This document shows, one piece after another, positions 50,201 through 64,000 of a stretch of DNA of 64,000 nt; positions within the stretch are counted from its first letter, which is position 1; the number at the start of each line of letters is the position of its first letter. A program made the position numbers and the translations under genes. The notes beneath the pieces are model-generated. The model made no database searches, was not told the origin of the DNA, and was given only the letters and a program-made list of their open reading frames with translations. The stretch comes from Chromera velia (Eukaryota). The stretch lies in NCBI GenBank assembly GCA_018398765.1, contig JAHBMJ010000001.1, positions 124,001-188,000 on the forward strand. Direction: 5' to 3'.

Positions 50201-53200
50201 CTGACGTCCGCAGTGTTCAGTCGAGGCAGAGCAGATGAACCCTTCTTCCACGCGGCCATCCGGAGAGCAGCCGTCCCCTCCCGCACTGTTGTTGTCGATG
50301 CACCCGTCCCCCTCATTCAACACGTCTGCAACCAACCAAGCAAACAGCAGGCAAAGGGACACAAGGGACGCATTTTAGATGAATTCAGGCTCAAGGTGTA
50401 GGGAGGGAACTGTGTGAAACCTCTGTAGGCAGAAAATACAGCGGGCCGTCAGAAAGCACAGCAACGTCGAGCAACAAGCGTACCGGTCTCCTGTTCGCAT
50501 GGCTCGCCCTCGGCAAGGCACGTGTAGCCGTCCTCCACGTTGCCGTTCGAGTCGCACCCGTCTCCGCTCTGCGCGTTCCCATCGTCGCATTTCTCGTCTC
50601 CGGCCATGATTCCGTCGCCAACAACAGCTGCACGCACACACAGGGAGGGACCCAGAGACCGTACACGTGAAGGCTTGATGTGAGCGTCTGCTTTCTCTAT
50701 TGCCCTGAAACTTGGAAAATTCGGTGAAGAATTTGCAAATTCAAATGAAAACATCAACTCATTTCGTTTGCCTTCTTTCTGGGATGACGGCCCAAACAGT
50801 GTTTCATTTTGCAACGTGTATGGCTTTTTCTCGTTCAGTCTTCCGATGTTTTGAATTCCAAGCGACAAAGACTCACTTTGACATTCTGTGCCTGTCGCCT
50901 TCGAGCCGTCGCTGGTGGTGTTGCTCCACCCATTCTTGCACGCGCACGAGAAAGAGCCGGCAGAGTTTGTGCAAAGCGCGTGATCGGAGTCGCAATCGTG
51001 TGCACCGTTGCACTCGTTGACATCTGCAGACCACACAAACAGAGACAAAGTGAGTGTTGCTTAGACTTTCGGAGTTTGATGACCCGGATGAAGACGCAAA
51101 AGCAGTAGAGACTTGCAACATGCAAACTGCTTGAGAAAGGAAGGAAGAGGGAAAACACATATGAGTGAAGAGGCACTTCATTGCTTCTGACCAGTGCAAG
51201 TGTGGCCGTCCCCACTCCAGCCCTCATTGCACGCGCACTCGTAGCGTCCTCCCGACGGTGACAGATTTGTGCAGGTGGCCTTTGTAGAGCACGTGTGCTT
51301 CGGGTCGTTTTCGTCGCATTCGTTCAGGTCTGCAGCCAGCAATTGAGACACAGCGACAAACAGATGAAAACAACGAGAACGGCTGTAAGCGTAAGCCCAT
51401 TGAAGTATGCGTGGCAGAAAAGAATTTGCTGCGTTCAAGAATGGAGCAGAGAACTAGAGGCTGCCAGGCAATTAACGAAGACACATCACCGCTCGCTTTG
51501 GAATGTCCTTCTTGACTCACCCGTGCACACAGAAAGCTCCCCCGTACAGGTCCACCCCTCTTCTATTTGACCATTGTGGCACCCGTCTCCGGCATCTGTG
51601 TCTCCGTCGTCGCAGTTTTCATCTCCGACGATCTTGCCGTCTCCGTGAATTTCTGCACGATTTCAATTAATTGAGCTCAACCACGGCTTCACTATTTGCA
51701 TGGACGACATTTATCAATCCTTTGGCTTCCGGAGGTCCGGCCTCGGGTACTGACGAAGTGTTTTGGGAGACGCACGCAAGAGTGCCTGCCGAAGCGACTA
51801 AGTGAAAAATATCTTGCATGATGTGGAACGAGAGTAGGATCCGAAAGGGGAGAAAAGCAGGTGAGCATAGGTGAAAAACGAAAATTGTATGCAGCCTAAA
51901 AGAATGGAGGGCTGCCGTACCGCTCGGTCCCTTTCCTCACTTGCACATGAGCTGCATGCTGACGTACCGTTGCAATCCTCGCAGACGACTGGACATTCCC
52001 ACCCGTCTTCAATCAGTCCGTCTTGAGAGCAGCCGTCTCTGTTCACTCTGTTCCTGTCGGCACACTCCTCCCCTCCCACCAACAGACAGTCGTCCAGGTT
52101 GGCTGATGGACAGACAGAAGGACCGACAGACGGACAGTGAGATTGCATGAAAAATGGTGAACAGACATCAAAAGGGGATGCGGGGATGGGGAAGAGGGGA
52201 ATCATTTCATTTACTTCTCAACTCGATCCAAAAGGCTGAGTGGTGGAAAATTAATCTGAAACGAAAGACCTGAAAAAAAAGCAAGCAAGAAAGAAAGAGA
52301 GACAGACAGACAGACAGAAAGAGAGAGAGAGAGAACGAAAGAAAGGCCGGATTAGAATGTCCGGTAAAAAAGCACACTCAAAAACGAAGGAAGCAAGCAA
52401 GCACGGAGGGAAGGAAAACTCACGAGTGCATTTGCCTCCCGCTGGAGGGCAAATCCATGCTGTGTCGTGTTCCTTCTGGCACACAGCGTCGCACCCGTCG
52501 TTAGGCTCTGTCCCTCCGTCGTCGCATGTTTCGTCGCCTCTAATCAGGAGATCGCCACAAACGGCTGCATACACGACAGTGGGAGTGGCAAAAAAATTTC
52601 CATGGGATAGAAATTTCAGTCTCTCGTTTGCTTGTCAAGGTCAGCACGACATGCCCCCGTCTGAAGATGCAACGGATAGCTGTGGACGGGATCCATTCTT
52701 CGCATGCTTACACCGTCAATCCATGCACATAGGGAAGAAGAGAAAGCTGTGACCAGCACGGAAAGTTTCCCGGGTGTCAAGAAATCGACTTCACACGAAC
52801 ATGCGAAAAACAGGTTTCTGCTTCTATAATCATTGCATACATCATGCAGTGACTAACGTGTACAGTCACTCCCTGGAGTCGGACAGTCCCATCCTGTTTC
52901 CGTTTTCCCCTCAGAGCTGCACCCGTCTCCGTTTTGTGCGTTCCCGTCGTCGCATTCCTCGTCTCCCCGAACCAAACCATCACCGATGATCTCTGCGCAC
53001 AGATGGAAAAAGACGAAGACAGAGACCGATCAAAAAAGAAAAAGACAGAGACAGATCAAAAAAGACAAAGACAGAGACAGATCAAAAGAGCTAGACAGGG
53101 ACAGAGCCAGATCGAGACAGCATGCATGTACGGAGAGCTGGTATGTTCATCGAAGGGATTCATCTCTTCAAGCATGTGGAACTGCCTAGCTGCCTTGAGC

Positions 53201-56200
53201 GAAGAGTCCGCATGTCCTCGTCAACTCATGCATGCATGCCGTGACTGACCTTCACACTCTGTCCCTGGATCTGTGGGTGAGTGGAAGCCCTCGGGGCATT
53301 CGCAGAGGAACGCCGCGTCCGTGTTGGTGCACGTCGCCAGTCCGACACATCCGTGGGTTCCCTCTGTGCACTCGTTGATGTCTGCAGGGAATTAAGCAGG
53401 CGGACACATTAATGCAAGCGCGTGCAGTGCTAGGGTCTCTCTTTCCTTGTCCTTTCTGCCTAGACAGAATAAACAGCAATGTCGACACTCTTCTGAAGAA
53501 AGAACTCGGGATGACCCTGGAGAGAAGCTGCTTACTTGAAGTCAGAGCTAAGTGAGAGATGGATAGAGCGATTCAGGACCGACCATTGCAATCCCCAGGT
53601 CCACTCGGACAGGTGTACCCGTCCTCCACCTTCCCGTCCGAACTGCAGCCATCACCATTCTCTGTGTTGCTGTCGTCGCATTCCTCGTCTCCCACAACTT
53701 TGCCGTCTCCGATGATCTCTGCATGATAGGCAAAAAAAGGGCCAATTTAAGAAGGAAGAAAACGTCGCTTCAGGCAACAACGACACTTGCCTTCAGAAGA
53801 GCCATGGTGTCAGCCAAAGCAATGTCGAAACGTGAACCGGAATTAACGCATTTGACATCCTCAACTACCCAACAAGTAAGTCGGTTGACTGACCTTCACA
53901 AGGCTCGCAGACAGTCGGGCACTCCCACCCATCCTCGATCTGGTTCGTCGAGCTGCACCCGTCCCCGTCCTGTCTGTTCTCGTCTTCGCATTTTTCCTCT
54001 CCGACAAGGAGACAGTCATCCCACACAGCTGAAATGATCATCGATAAGCAGAGACATGCATGCGAGGGGAGAGAATTAGTTTTGAGCCATACACAAACAA
54101 GACAATGGGTTTGGGGTTCCAATCGACCAAAAAGTAAAATGGGCCCAGAAAATGGGAAGGAATAGGTACCTTGAAAGAGCAACAGACACAGACAGAAGAT
54201 CAAGCTCACGTTCGCACTGGCCCCCTCCTTGAGGGCAGGTCCATCCCGTCTCTTTCTGACAGGAGCTGGAGCACCCGTCGCCACTCTCCAAGTCTCCGTC
54301 ATCGCATCCCTCTGCTCCCAGCTGCACTCCGTCTCCGCAGATTTCTGCAGTCAGTCGGTGGTTTCGAAAACGAAAAAAAAGTATATGGAGGCGTGCATGC
54401 ACGGTGACCCATGACACAATGGTTTTTAGAAGGTAATCCGTTCTCACTTGGACTGAGGAATTGGGAAGACAAAGCAGCACACAATTAAGAGAACACACAA
54501 AAGAACACACATACAGAAAGACGGACCCGAACAGGGGGTGTTTGCCTGGTTGCATTCCCACCCGTCTTCGATGTTTCCCTCAGAGTCGCACCCATCGCCG
54601 CTCTGAGAGTTCCCATCGTCGCACTCTTCGTCTCCGACGATCTCACCGTCCCCGTGGATTTCTGCACAACAAGTAACGGGTGGGGGCGCGGGAGTGGAGT
54701 TCGAGTACATAAGTCACCATCTGGCAGTGCCGAAAACGCAGCAAAAGTCAGCGGGAGAAAAATAAATGCAACGCCCTCCAAGAAAAGAAAAAGCCGTAAG
54801 AATCCATTGAGACAAGTCAAACCGACCAGTGCAAGGGGAGCAAATAGTCGGGCACTCCCATCCGTCCTCGATGGTGTTCAGAGCGCTGCACCCGTCTCCG
54901 TCGTCGCTGTTCCTGTCGGCGCACCTCTCTGTACCCACCAGCAGGCAGTCGTCCCAGGTGGCTGCATGACAGAAAGAAATGCATACAGTGAAAAGAACAC
55001 AATGAATGATTCCTCACAGGATTCGATTCGATGAATAGTGTAGGTGCGGGCGCATGGAAAGACAGCTTCATGTCCGCAGTTGCTGTGTGCCTCTCTGTTT
55101 CTGCGACTCGCACGCTTCCCTTTTTCCAACTCGGCCTTCAAGGCTTCGGTAGAAGAAATTGAAAAGTGGGTTCCACATGCAACAGACAGAAGAAAGGTAC
55201 TCACGTGAGCACCCTCCTCCGTCCTGAGGACACGTCCATCCTGTCTCTGTCTGACAGGTACTGGAGCACCCGTCTCCGCTTTCTGTGTCCCCGTCGTCGC
55301 ACGTTTCTGTTCTAAGACGATCCCCGTCACCACAGACCGCTGCAGAGATATTTCAAGCATCAGATCCTTGAAACTCAGCACGCAATCACAAAACAAGGAC
55401 AATAACACTAAGTGGGAAAGAAAGAGAGAACAAGTGCGGAGTCGTAGATGGTCTCCCTCAAGACCTTCTTCAAAGACATCAGATGATTCTCACGCACGCA
55501 CCTGTGCAGACAGACACTCCGGCACTTGGAGAGAAGGTGCACTCCCATCCGTCCTCCACCTTTCCGTTCGAATCGCACCCGTCTCCACTCTCACTGTCCC
55601 CGTCATCGCACTCTTCGTCTCCAACCACCGCGCCGTCTCCGATAATCTCTGCATGCATTCAGCACTCAGGCAAGACAATTAAAGAAATTTGGAACCGAAA
55701 ACCTCAAAATGACGGCCCACAACCTACAGCTCGAAAACCACATAACATTAGAAAAGAAACAAACAATCACGCCTTAAAAGCAGACAAGTCATCCGACGAA
55801 CTAACCTTGACAGTCCTCGCACACGGTCGGGCACTCCCACCCAGATTCGATTTGGTGTGTGGAGCTGCACCCGTCTCCGTTGGCGCTGTTTCCGTCGGTG
55901 CATCTCTCAGAGCCCACCAGGAGACAATCGTTCATCAAAGCTGCAAATTAGCACAAAGACGCGCAGCTCTCTCAATTGAATGGCAATACTTATGACATAA
56001 AACACCTCGTCTACACTCTTGTTTTGTACCCGTATGAAGCTCTTTTGGAGAGGGCCGGAGAGAGGGAGAGGGAGGGGGGAGAAAGAAAATTTTACAAAAG
56101 AAAAGGAGACGTCATCCAGCGTGATTGCCTCAGACCCACATCTCCCCTCTTATCAGACAGAAGGTAGACAGAGACAGCAGCCGAGAAAAGAAAACAGCAG

Positions 56201-59200
56201 AGGCGACTCACGTTGGCACGGAAGTCCTTCTTGAGGGCACGTCCATCCCGTCTCCGTCTGACAGGAACTGGAGCACCCGTCTCCGCTTTCTGTGTCCCCG
56301 TCGTCGCAGGTTTCAAGGCCCAGCTTCTTCCCATCGCCACACACGGCTGCAAACAAAGCACAGAGGATTCAAGCAGGTCGCAGAACCGCGCGTACATCTA
56401 GAGAAACGTTCTTGGAGGGAGAAAGAGGGCGGCAGAGACGTGGATAAATGCATGAATGAACCAAGCAGAAGAAACAAAAGACACCTCCAGAAATGGTCTC
56501 AGGGGCCCCGAGAGGGAAAGGGTCAACGCAAATTGTATAACGAGGAGCCTTTACGCACTTACCTGTACAGGGGGTGTTTGCCTGGTTGCACTCCCAGCCG
56601 TCCTCGATGTTTCCCTCAGAGTCGCACCCGTCGCCGCTCTGAGAGTTCCCGTCGTCGCACTCTTCGTCTCCGGCAATCTTTCCGTCTCCGTGGATTTCTG
56701 CGAAACAAAGAAATGGAAAGCCACACGAAGGAAAAAATGCAAAGACCGAATGCCTCAATGATTTGCAAAAAAAGTGATGCATGGATCAATTAAAAGAACC
56801 GGCAGAAGGAAGCCATGCATGCGAAGGATTTACATTCTTAAAGTTTCAAGTCACTCAACCCTTCTTACAGACGATCGTCAGGCATCACTGGAAGAGCTCG
56901 TGAACAACAACCACATACGGGCGTACCTTCACACAGTTGACAGTGGGTTGAGCAGCTCCATCCCGTCTCGACTCTGTTTGTTGTACTGCACCCGTCTCCG
57001 TTCTCTCTGTTCCCGTCTGTGCACTCCTCTTCTCCCACCACCAGGCAGTCATCCCAAACGGCTGCATGCGTTGGTGAATGGAATGGAGAGAGCCGACATG
57101 CATCATTGAGATCGCTAGAGAATGAAAAACAGCTTCGGCCAGGACACAAAAAGATGCAGCTAGGGCACTTTCATCGCTTTTTTACAGGAGACAAAGATGA
57201 AAGAGGTCGAGCAAAAGGGGAGGCCAGAAGAGAACAGAAACAGCTGACGTTCGCATACGCCCCCTTGAGGCATGGGAAACAAACCCTAGTTTCGGATGTT
57301 TGATGGCATTGCTGCCTGGCGATTATGATTATTTGCATGCATGGGCACGGATTGACCCATACACGTGGTGCAAGAGAAAAATCTACTCACGTGAGCACTC
57401 GCCGCCGTCCTGAGGACACGTCCATCCCGTCTCCGTCTGACAGGTACTGGAGCACCCGTCTCCACTTTCGGAGTCCCCGTCGTCGCAGGTTTCCGTTCCG
57501 TGTCGCTCCCCGTTTCCGCAAATGGCTGCAGTCAAAGACAGAAATGGGGAGAGCTCAAGACACGAGAGTCGCGAACAATAGAACAAAACAACAAACTCCA
57601 AATGTTCGAATCCAATCCGCGAAGGTCGCCATTGCAGTGCACCACGACCAGCCCCCGAAATGACGCCCCCCATTCAATCCAGATCACTGCACTGTTCGTC
57701 TTGATCCTCACCTGAGCACGAGATGCCGTCTCCCTGCCACCCGTCATTGCAGGTGCAACTGAAGCCTCCGTCTGAGTTGGTGCATGTCGCTTGAGCGTTG
57801 CAGTTGTGAGTACTGTCCGAGCACTCGTCAATGTCTGCGCGAAAGGAGAGGAGCATATAGGCCGACAGTTGAGGTTCACCTATGCACTCCTTGCCTGTAT
57901 CCATGCGTGTCTTGTCTCAACAGGAAAAACATTCCATCCAGACAGGACTTCATCCCGGAGAGAAAGACCCACATCCAAGATCATGTGCGGAATGTGTATA
58001 GTCGGAATTTGTAAATCACCAATGTATCCTATCCTAAGAAGCCTCCAATGACAAAGGAACTTTTCGACTCCCCAAACACAAACTTACCACTGCATGCCCC
58101 CCCGCCGACAGGACAGGTGTAGCCGTCCTCCACCTGCCCATCAGAATCGCAGCCGTCTCCGCTCTGAGTGTTGCTGTCGTCGCACTCTTCGTCTCCGGCC
58201 ACGTCGCCGTCACCGACAACGGCTGCATTCTCACAAACAGAACTCAAGTTTGTGCATAATAAGGTCACAGGTTTGTTCAATCGGTCACAGGATTCTCGTA
58301 CAGAGAAAGGGGGAACATTAGTGGTAAAAAGAAATCAACAAACAGGGATAGACACTCGTTATCAAAGGGAGACTGCTTCGATGCGTATTGGAACAAGCCA
58401 CTGAAGTGACAGTTCCCCCGTGTACTGACTTTGACATTCTGTGCCTGTCGCCTTCGAGCCGTCGGTGGTGGTGTCGCTCCACCCATTCTTGCACGCGCAC
58501 GAGAACGACCCCATGGAGTTCGTGCACACGGCATTCGGGACGTCGCAGTTGTGACCGCCCCCTTGGCATTCGTTGATGTCTGCACATGCAACCATGCAAA
58601 TAGATACACCCACATACAAAGACGCACACACGCCGACATGATAAGAAATCCAACGAGATGGAGAACATTCATCCTGGATCTGCAATCGGGGATCGCCGCA
58701 ACATTTGATCGGCTAGCGAAACGGAAATACACACTAATGCGCTAATGCGCTTAAGAACGGGAGGCCCTCCTCACTGCACCCGACTACACTACCCACCAGT
58801 GCACGTGTAGCCATCCCCTGAGTACCCTCTATTGCAGTTGCAGTCGTAGCGTCCTCCTAACGGAGGGAGATTTGTGCAGGTGGCCTGGGCAGAGCACGTG
58901 TGCTTCGGGTCGTTTTCGTCGCACTCGTTCAGGTCTGCAGGCAGACAAGAAGGTAGGCATGAAGTGGACATCAAGATTCTTTTGCATCCACATACACGGG
59001 GGGGTGAAGAAGGGGACTCCAGGCAGAAAGGAGACGAGAAGACTCCAAGCCATAGACCAACAACGCTCTCGATTGCAATGAATCCACCACCCCAGCTACC
59101 TGTGCACACAGAAGGCTCCCCCGTGCACGTCCACCCATCCTCCACTCGGCCACCAGAGCACCCGTCTCCAGCATCTGTGTCTCCGTCGTCGCACTCTTCG

Positions 59201-62200
59201 TCGCCTTGCAGATCGCCGTCTCCGTGCACTACTGCAAAAGCAAAGGCAGGCAGATGAGTTTCTCATCTTTCATAGTGGAGTCTGCCTAGACTCAGACAGA
59301 CACTCCATAAGAATGCAGTTTTCATACAACAGGTGCACACTAAGATGCCAAGAACGCAGGAGGAGAACCCCCCAGGAAGGCAGGCAACGCAGCTGCTCCC
59401 ATATGAACCTTTGCAGTCGTCTCCTGACCTGAGCACGAGATGCCATCTCCCTGCCAGCCCTGGTTGCAGGCGCAACTGAAGCCTCCGTCTGAGTTGGTGC
59501 ACGTCGCTTGAGCGTTGCAGTTGTGGGAATTGTCGGCGCACTCGTCGACATCTGCAAGCATGCACAGCCGAAAATCTCACGAACGTGTAGACACACAACA
59601 CCAAGGTGGCGTTGATCTCATATTAACCACCGATAAAAAATAGGAAGATGAAGCTCAATAGCCGGCACACTTATGCACAGTCACCCCTCACCTGTGCAAG
59701 CCCCAGCGGTCACCGGGCACACCCATCCGTCTTCTTCCTTTCCGTCAGAATCGCATCCGTCTCCGCTCTGAGTGTTGCCGTCGTCGCACTCTTCGTCTCC
59801 GGCCACCACATCGTCTCCCACAACAGCTGCATTGTTGTAAAGAGGCAGGAAAAGAGGGCAAATGCTGTGTGGTTGGCAGGGAGACAGAAACTCGGAAAAA
59901 GAAGAGACGGGCTTTTTTCTTTTCTGTTGTTGTACCATGGACCCACTTTGACATTCTGTGCCCGTCGCCTTCGAGCCGTCGCTTGTGGTGTCGCTCCACC
60001 CGTTCTTGCATGCGCACGAGAACGACCCCATGGAGTTTGTGCACACGGCATTCCGGACGTCGCAGTTGTGACCGCCCCCTTGGCACTCGTTGACGTCTGC
60101 AGGGAAGCGAATGTGCCAAAAGAATTCAAAAGAGACGGTCGATGCACTTTTGAGAAGATGCCACAAGGACGCCTGCACGAGTTGATACTGTCTCTTTGCG
60201 CATGCATTGAACTGGAAGCAAGGAACGTGACACACAGAGGAAGAATGGAACGCCAACTCGGACAAGCAACCCTGCTACACAGCGTTCGTTTATCAGCCGC
60301 ACTCACCTGTGCAGACATGGCCGTCTCCACTCCAACCCTCATTGCACGCGCACTCGTAGCGTCCTCCCGACGGTGACAGATTTGTGCAGGTAGCCTGGGC
60401 AGAACACGTGTGCTTCGGGTCGTTTTCGTCGCACTCGTTCAGGTCTGCAGGCAGACAAGCACACAACAAAAGACAATCAAGATTCCTATGCATCCACATA
60501 AACTGACTGCAGCCGATAAAGGAGAAGTCAGTATGGCCCAAAACGGAGTCTTTGGGCGAGAAAGAAAAGACAGAGACAGAAAATGCAGGTTCAGGTCTCA
60601 CGGAGAGATACGCTTGTACAAAGTGACAGAAGCAAGAGTCCAGCGGGCATGCAGGCGGGGGCAATCGACTCATGAGGAGAAAGATATTGCAGGAAAGAGC
60701 GCAGATTCACGAGAATGCACAAAAGAGAAAATCTTCACATGCTCACCCGTGCACACAGAAGGCTCCCCCGTGCACGTCCACCCCTCTTCTATTTGACCGT
60801 TGTTGCACCCGTCTCCGGCATCTGTGTCTCCGTCGTCGCAATTTTCGTCTCCGACGATATTTCCGTCTCCATTTACCTCTGCAAGTCCATACACAGAGAG
60901 GCAGATGTCACACACCTGTTACATACATCCACACACAGACTGAGGGACGAATGCACAAACACACACACACGTATACACACATTTCTACAAATGCACTTAC
61001 GTACAGACAGTCGACGTTGCCTAAACAATCGAATCTTCAAACCGGCAGTCACAGGCCATTTACAAGCTTGAAACATCCATAAGTGATCTGAACGTGGTGT
61101 CCTCTCCTCTGACCATTGCAAGGAGAGCAAATCTGCGGACAGGCCCATCCAGTTTCGATCTGATTTGTCGCACTGCACCCGTCCGAGTTCTGTCTGTTCG
61201 CGTCTTCGCATTCCTCCGGGGGCACGAGCATGCAGTCGTCCAAAATCGCTGCACACACAGATCGAGGGGAGCAATGTGACAAGAGAAAAAATCAAATTCT
61301 ACATGTGTCAGTGGATGTAATGCGGAAATGTACTAATTTCAGAGGAACCAAGAAATGGAAGAGAGCCAGATCATTCTGAGTTCTGTGCTTCAGACTGACG
61401 GCTGCATTCGCCCCCACTTTGAGGGCAAGAGTATCCCGTCTCCGTCTGACAGGTACTGGAGCACCCGTCTCCGCTTTCTGCGTCCCCGTCGTCGCAGGTC
61501 TCTGTGCCGTGTCGCGCTCTGTCTCCACACACAGCTGCAAACAGAGACGCGAATCCAAAGTTGTGGAAGGGTCACCCACGTAGTACCTCTGCTCTGTAAC
61601 AACAAGGAATCCGTCAGAATTCAATTCCTACCTAACTGTTTGTCTGCCTGTCGGTCTATCTGTCACTCTGTCTACGACAAAAGTTCGCCGCAAAAACCAT
61701 AATTAAAAATGTCTGAGCGCCTGATTTTCTTCATGACTTCTCTGCATGGCCCGAAAAAAGAAAAACAGTTTCAGAGACACTGCGTGTGCTACAGCAAAGA
61801 GCGAAAGATGACCAGCATAGGAGTGATTGTTTTACGTGTGCAAAAGATGTGTGACATAAAAGAGGCAGGCTCTGCATTTAAAGCACGAACTCAGTAAATT
61901 GAAACGGAGAGTAATCAATCACATGCTGCATACGAACACAGAAAAGCATAGCAATCAATAATCAGGAAAAGGGTCGTCCTTTATCGAGCACCTTCAAGTG
62001 CCCAACACCACCCGAAGAAAGGGTGCGGAAGACTCACGTTCGCACGGGGCGCCTTCCTGAGCACACGACCACCCAGGCTCTGTCTGACAGGAACTTGAGC
62101 ATCCGTCGCCACTCTCGGTGTCCCCGTCGTCGCAGGTCTCGAGACCCAAACGTTTCCCGTCACCACATATAGCTGCAATAGAGAAAGGGCGTCTGTCTCA

Positions 62201-63835
62201 TTCAGCAACTCATCAAACTTGCATGCATAGACAAGCAAAACCTGCATGGTGACGAGCAAAAAATCAGCAGAGAATAAATATTCTTACCAATCCAAATATC
62301 CTTTCCCCCCATTCTATCGAGGAACATCCATGCGAAGTCCAAAATTGAATTTTGTACGTGTCCTCTGACCTGTGCAAGAAGCCCCGACAACGTTGCACTC
62401 CCAGCCGTCCTCGATGTTTCCCTCAGAGTCGCACCCGTCGCCGCTCTGAGAGTTCCCATCGTCGCACTCTTCGTCTCCGACAATCTCACCGTCTCCGATG
62501 ATTTCTGCAACAGACAACGAGGAGAAGGAGGGAGCGGAATACGAGCATGGGACTCACAACTCGGCAGAAGCGCAAATATAGCCAAAGCCAGAGGAAGTAA
62601 CATAAGGGCAACGCCCATCCACCACCCCCCAATAAAACACCAGAGAAGCCCACAGATGAATTCATTATTTGTGGATTCTCACATCTATTCAGACAAATGT
62701 AACACACCGGTGCAAGGGGTCCCTCTGGTAACCCACCCATGGGCGAAAAACTCTGATTGACTTACCTTGACAGGGATCGCAAATAGTCGGGCACTCCCAT
62801 CCGTCTTCGATGGTGTTCAGAGCGCTGCACCCGTCTCCGTCGTCGCTGTTTCTGTCGGCGCACCTCTCTGTACCCACCAGCAGGCAATCGTCCCAGGTCG
62901 CTGCAAGAGGGTGCACAGAAAAGCGATGTAAATTCTACAATCTCCAGGGGGCTCTGCGACTGCGTCTCGCTAGTCGCTAAAGACAGCACCGGCGACTGGC
63001 GGAAAGATAGCGAGAGGGAGGGGGAGCGGTGAGGGAAGTGAAGTTCAAATGTGAGAGAAGCAAACTCACGTGAACACTCTCCACCGTCCTGAGGACACGT
63101 CCATCCCGTCTCCGTCTGACAGGAGGATGAGCACCCGTCTCCGCCTTCTGTATCGCCGTCATCGCAGGTTTCTGTTCCGAGACGATCCCCGTCACCACAG
63201 ACGGCTGCAGGGGGTTGATCAAAACAACACAATAGGAGAGGTCAAGTGCCTTCAAGACACACCTGGAAATGAATACATGAAGCGATACACAAGCGTGCAT
63301 TGCGAATCCTGCATCACGGCATAGTCGTTCTCAGGGGATAATAGAAATCAGGGACACCTGTCAGATGCATAATTCTGAGTCTCGATTTCTTGGCCGAGTC
63401 ACTCATCGAACGACGAGCTGGCCTCCACAGAGTTTCTCCCTTTCGGCTGACCTGTACAGACTACTCCGTCTCCCTGCCAGCCCTGGAAGCAGAGACAGCC
63501 GAAGGTGCCGTCAGAATTCAAACAGACAGCCTTGCTGTCACAGTTGTGAGCGTCCGTCGCGCATTCATCGATATCTGCACTCACTCACCCACTCACATGA
63601 GGAGGGGTCAAGGGGTATCGATTCAATATATCAAAGCCAACAAAGACATTCATGAATTTTGAAAAGAGAGGACTTGAAGAACCGAGATCTCATCGCTGAC
63701 CCGAGCAGGCACCGCCATCCACAGGACAGTCCCAGCCATCTTCCACGTTGCCGTCGGAGTCGCAGCCATCTCCGCTCTGAGTGTTGCCGTCGTCGCACTC
63801 TTCGTCTCCGGCCACGTCTCCGTCACCAACCACGG
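41204..63835 (-). CDS. Very large type I membrane protein (5' part beyond window): about 33 Myxococcus-type Cys-rich repeats (DUF4215-like), about 16 EGF/Ca-EGF modules, GPS motif, single TM, long cytoplasmic tail
   Basis: About 50 short exons between 46313 and 63835, each encoding either (C/V)GDG...[12 protein letters not shown]...EDGW.C or D[IV][DN]EC...C...C.N..G.[FY].C.C..G[WFY].GDG..C. Then exons at about 45790-46066, 45150-45522 and 44656-44926, and a terminal exon 41204-44491 (ORF 1097 aa) with CRFLDE...W.SEGC...[36 protein letters not shown] and CCCC. Confidence 0.9.
43295..43447 (-). other. GPS (GPCR proteolysis site) motif with intact H-L|T consensus
   Basis: [18 protein letters not shown]...[15 protein letters not shown]. 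Predicted cleavage between Leu (43310-43312) and Thr (43307-43309). Confidence 0.85.
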
Positions 63836-63852
63836 CTGCACTCAGACCACAC

Positions 63853-63952
63853 AAGACAGAAGCGGAAAGATCATTCAAACCAGACAGAAGCGGAAAGATC
63901 ATTCAAACCAGACAGAAGCGGAAAGATCATTCAAACCAGACAGAAGCGGAAA
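63853..63952. repeat. Intronic 28-bp minisatellite, about 3.5 copies
   Basis: CAGACAGAAGCGGAAAGATCATTCAAAC units at 63881 and 63909, a partial unit at 63937 and a near-copy at 63853. Confidence 0.9.
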
Positions 63953-64000
63953 TGGAATGCTGCTTGGAGGCAAGAGTAAAACCAAAAAGTCAGTTGGGAA

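Overview
Eukaryotic genomic DNA with GT-AG introns full of microsatellites and five N-gaps. Intron style and an AKMT/PfSET7-type gene suggest a chromerid or other apicomplexan-related alveolate such as Chromera (inference, not verified). Layout: (1) 2283-10120 (+), a multi-exon AKMT/PfSET7-like SET-domain lysine methyltransferase. (2) About 11.3-40.7 kb, a transposon-rich block holding two TIR/TSD-bounded MITEs, a candidate secreted Cys-rich gene, a truncated LINE 3' end, a dead CRE-like RT+RLE retrotransposon, a dead full-length APE-RT-CCHC-RNase H retrotransposon, dispersed repeats and a decayed zinc finger-chromodomain ORF. (3) 41204 to beyond the window end (-), a very large single-pass surface protein with about 33 Myxococcus-type Cys-rich repeats and about 16 EGF modules (about one module per exon), a GPS autoproteolysis motif, one TM helix, and a cytoplasmic tail with a split bulb-lectin-like pattern. 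The strongest unexplained signal is a RIP-like mutation pattern. The retroelements have about 10-12 internal stops, consistent with C>T or G>A changes, and almost no frameshifts. Repeat copies differ almost only by transitions. Exon boundaries and alignments were done by eye.
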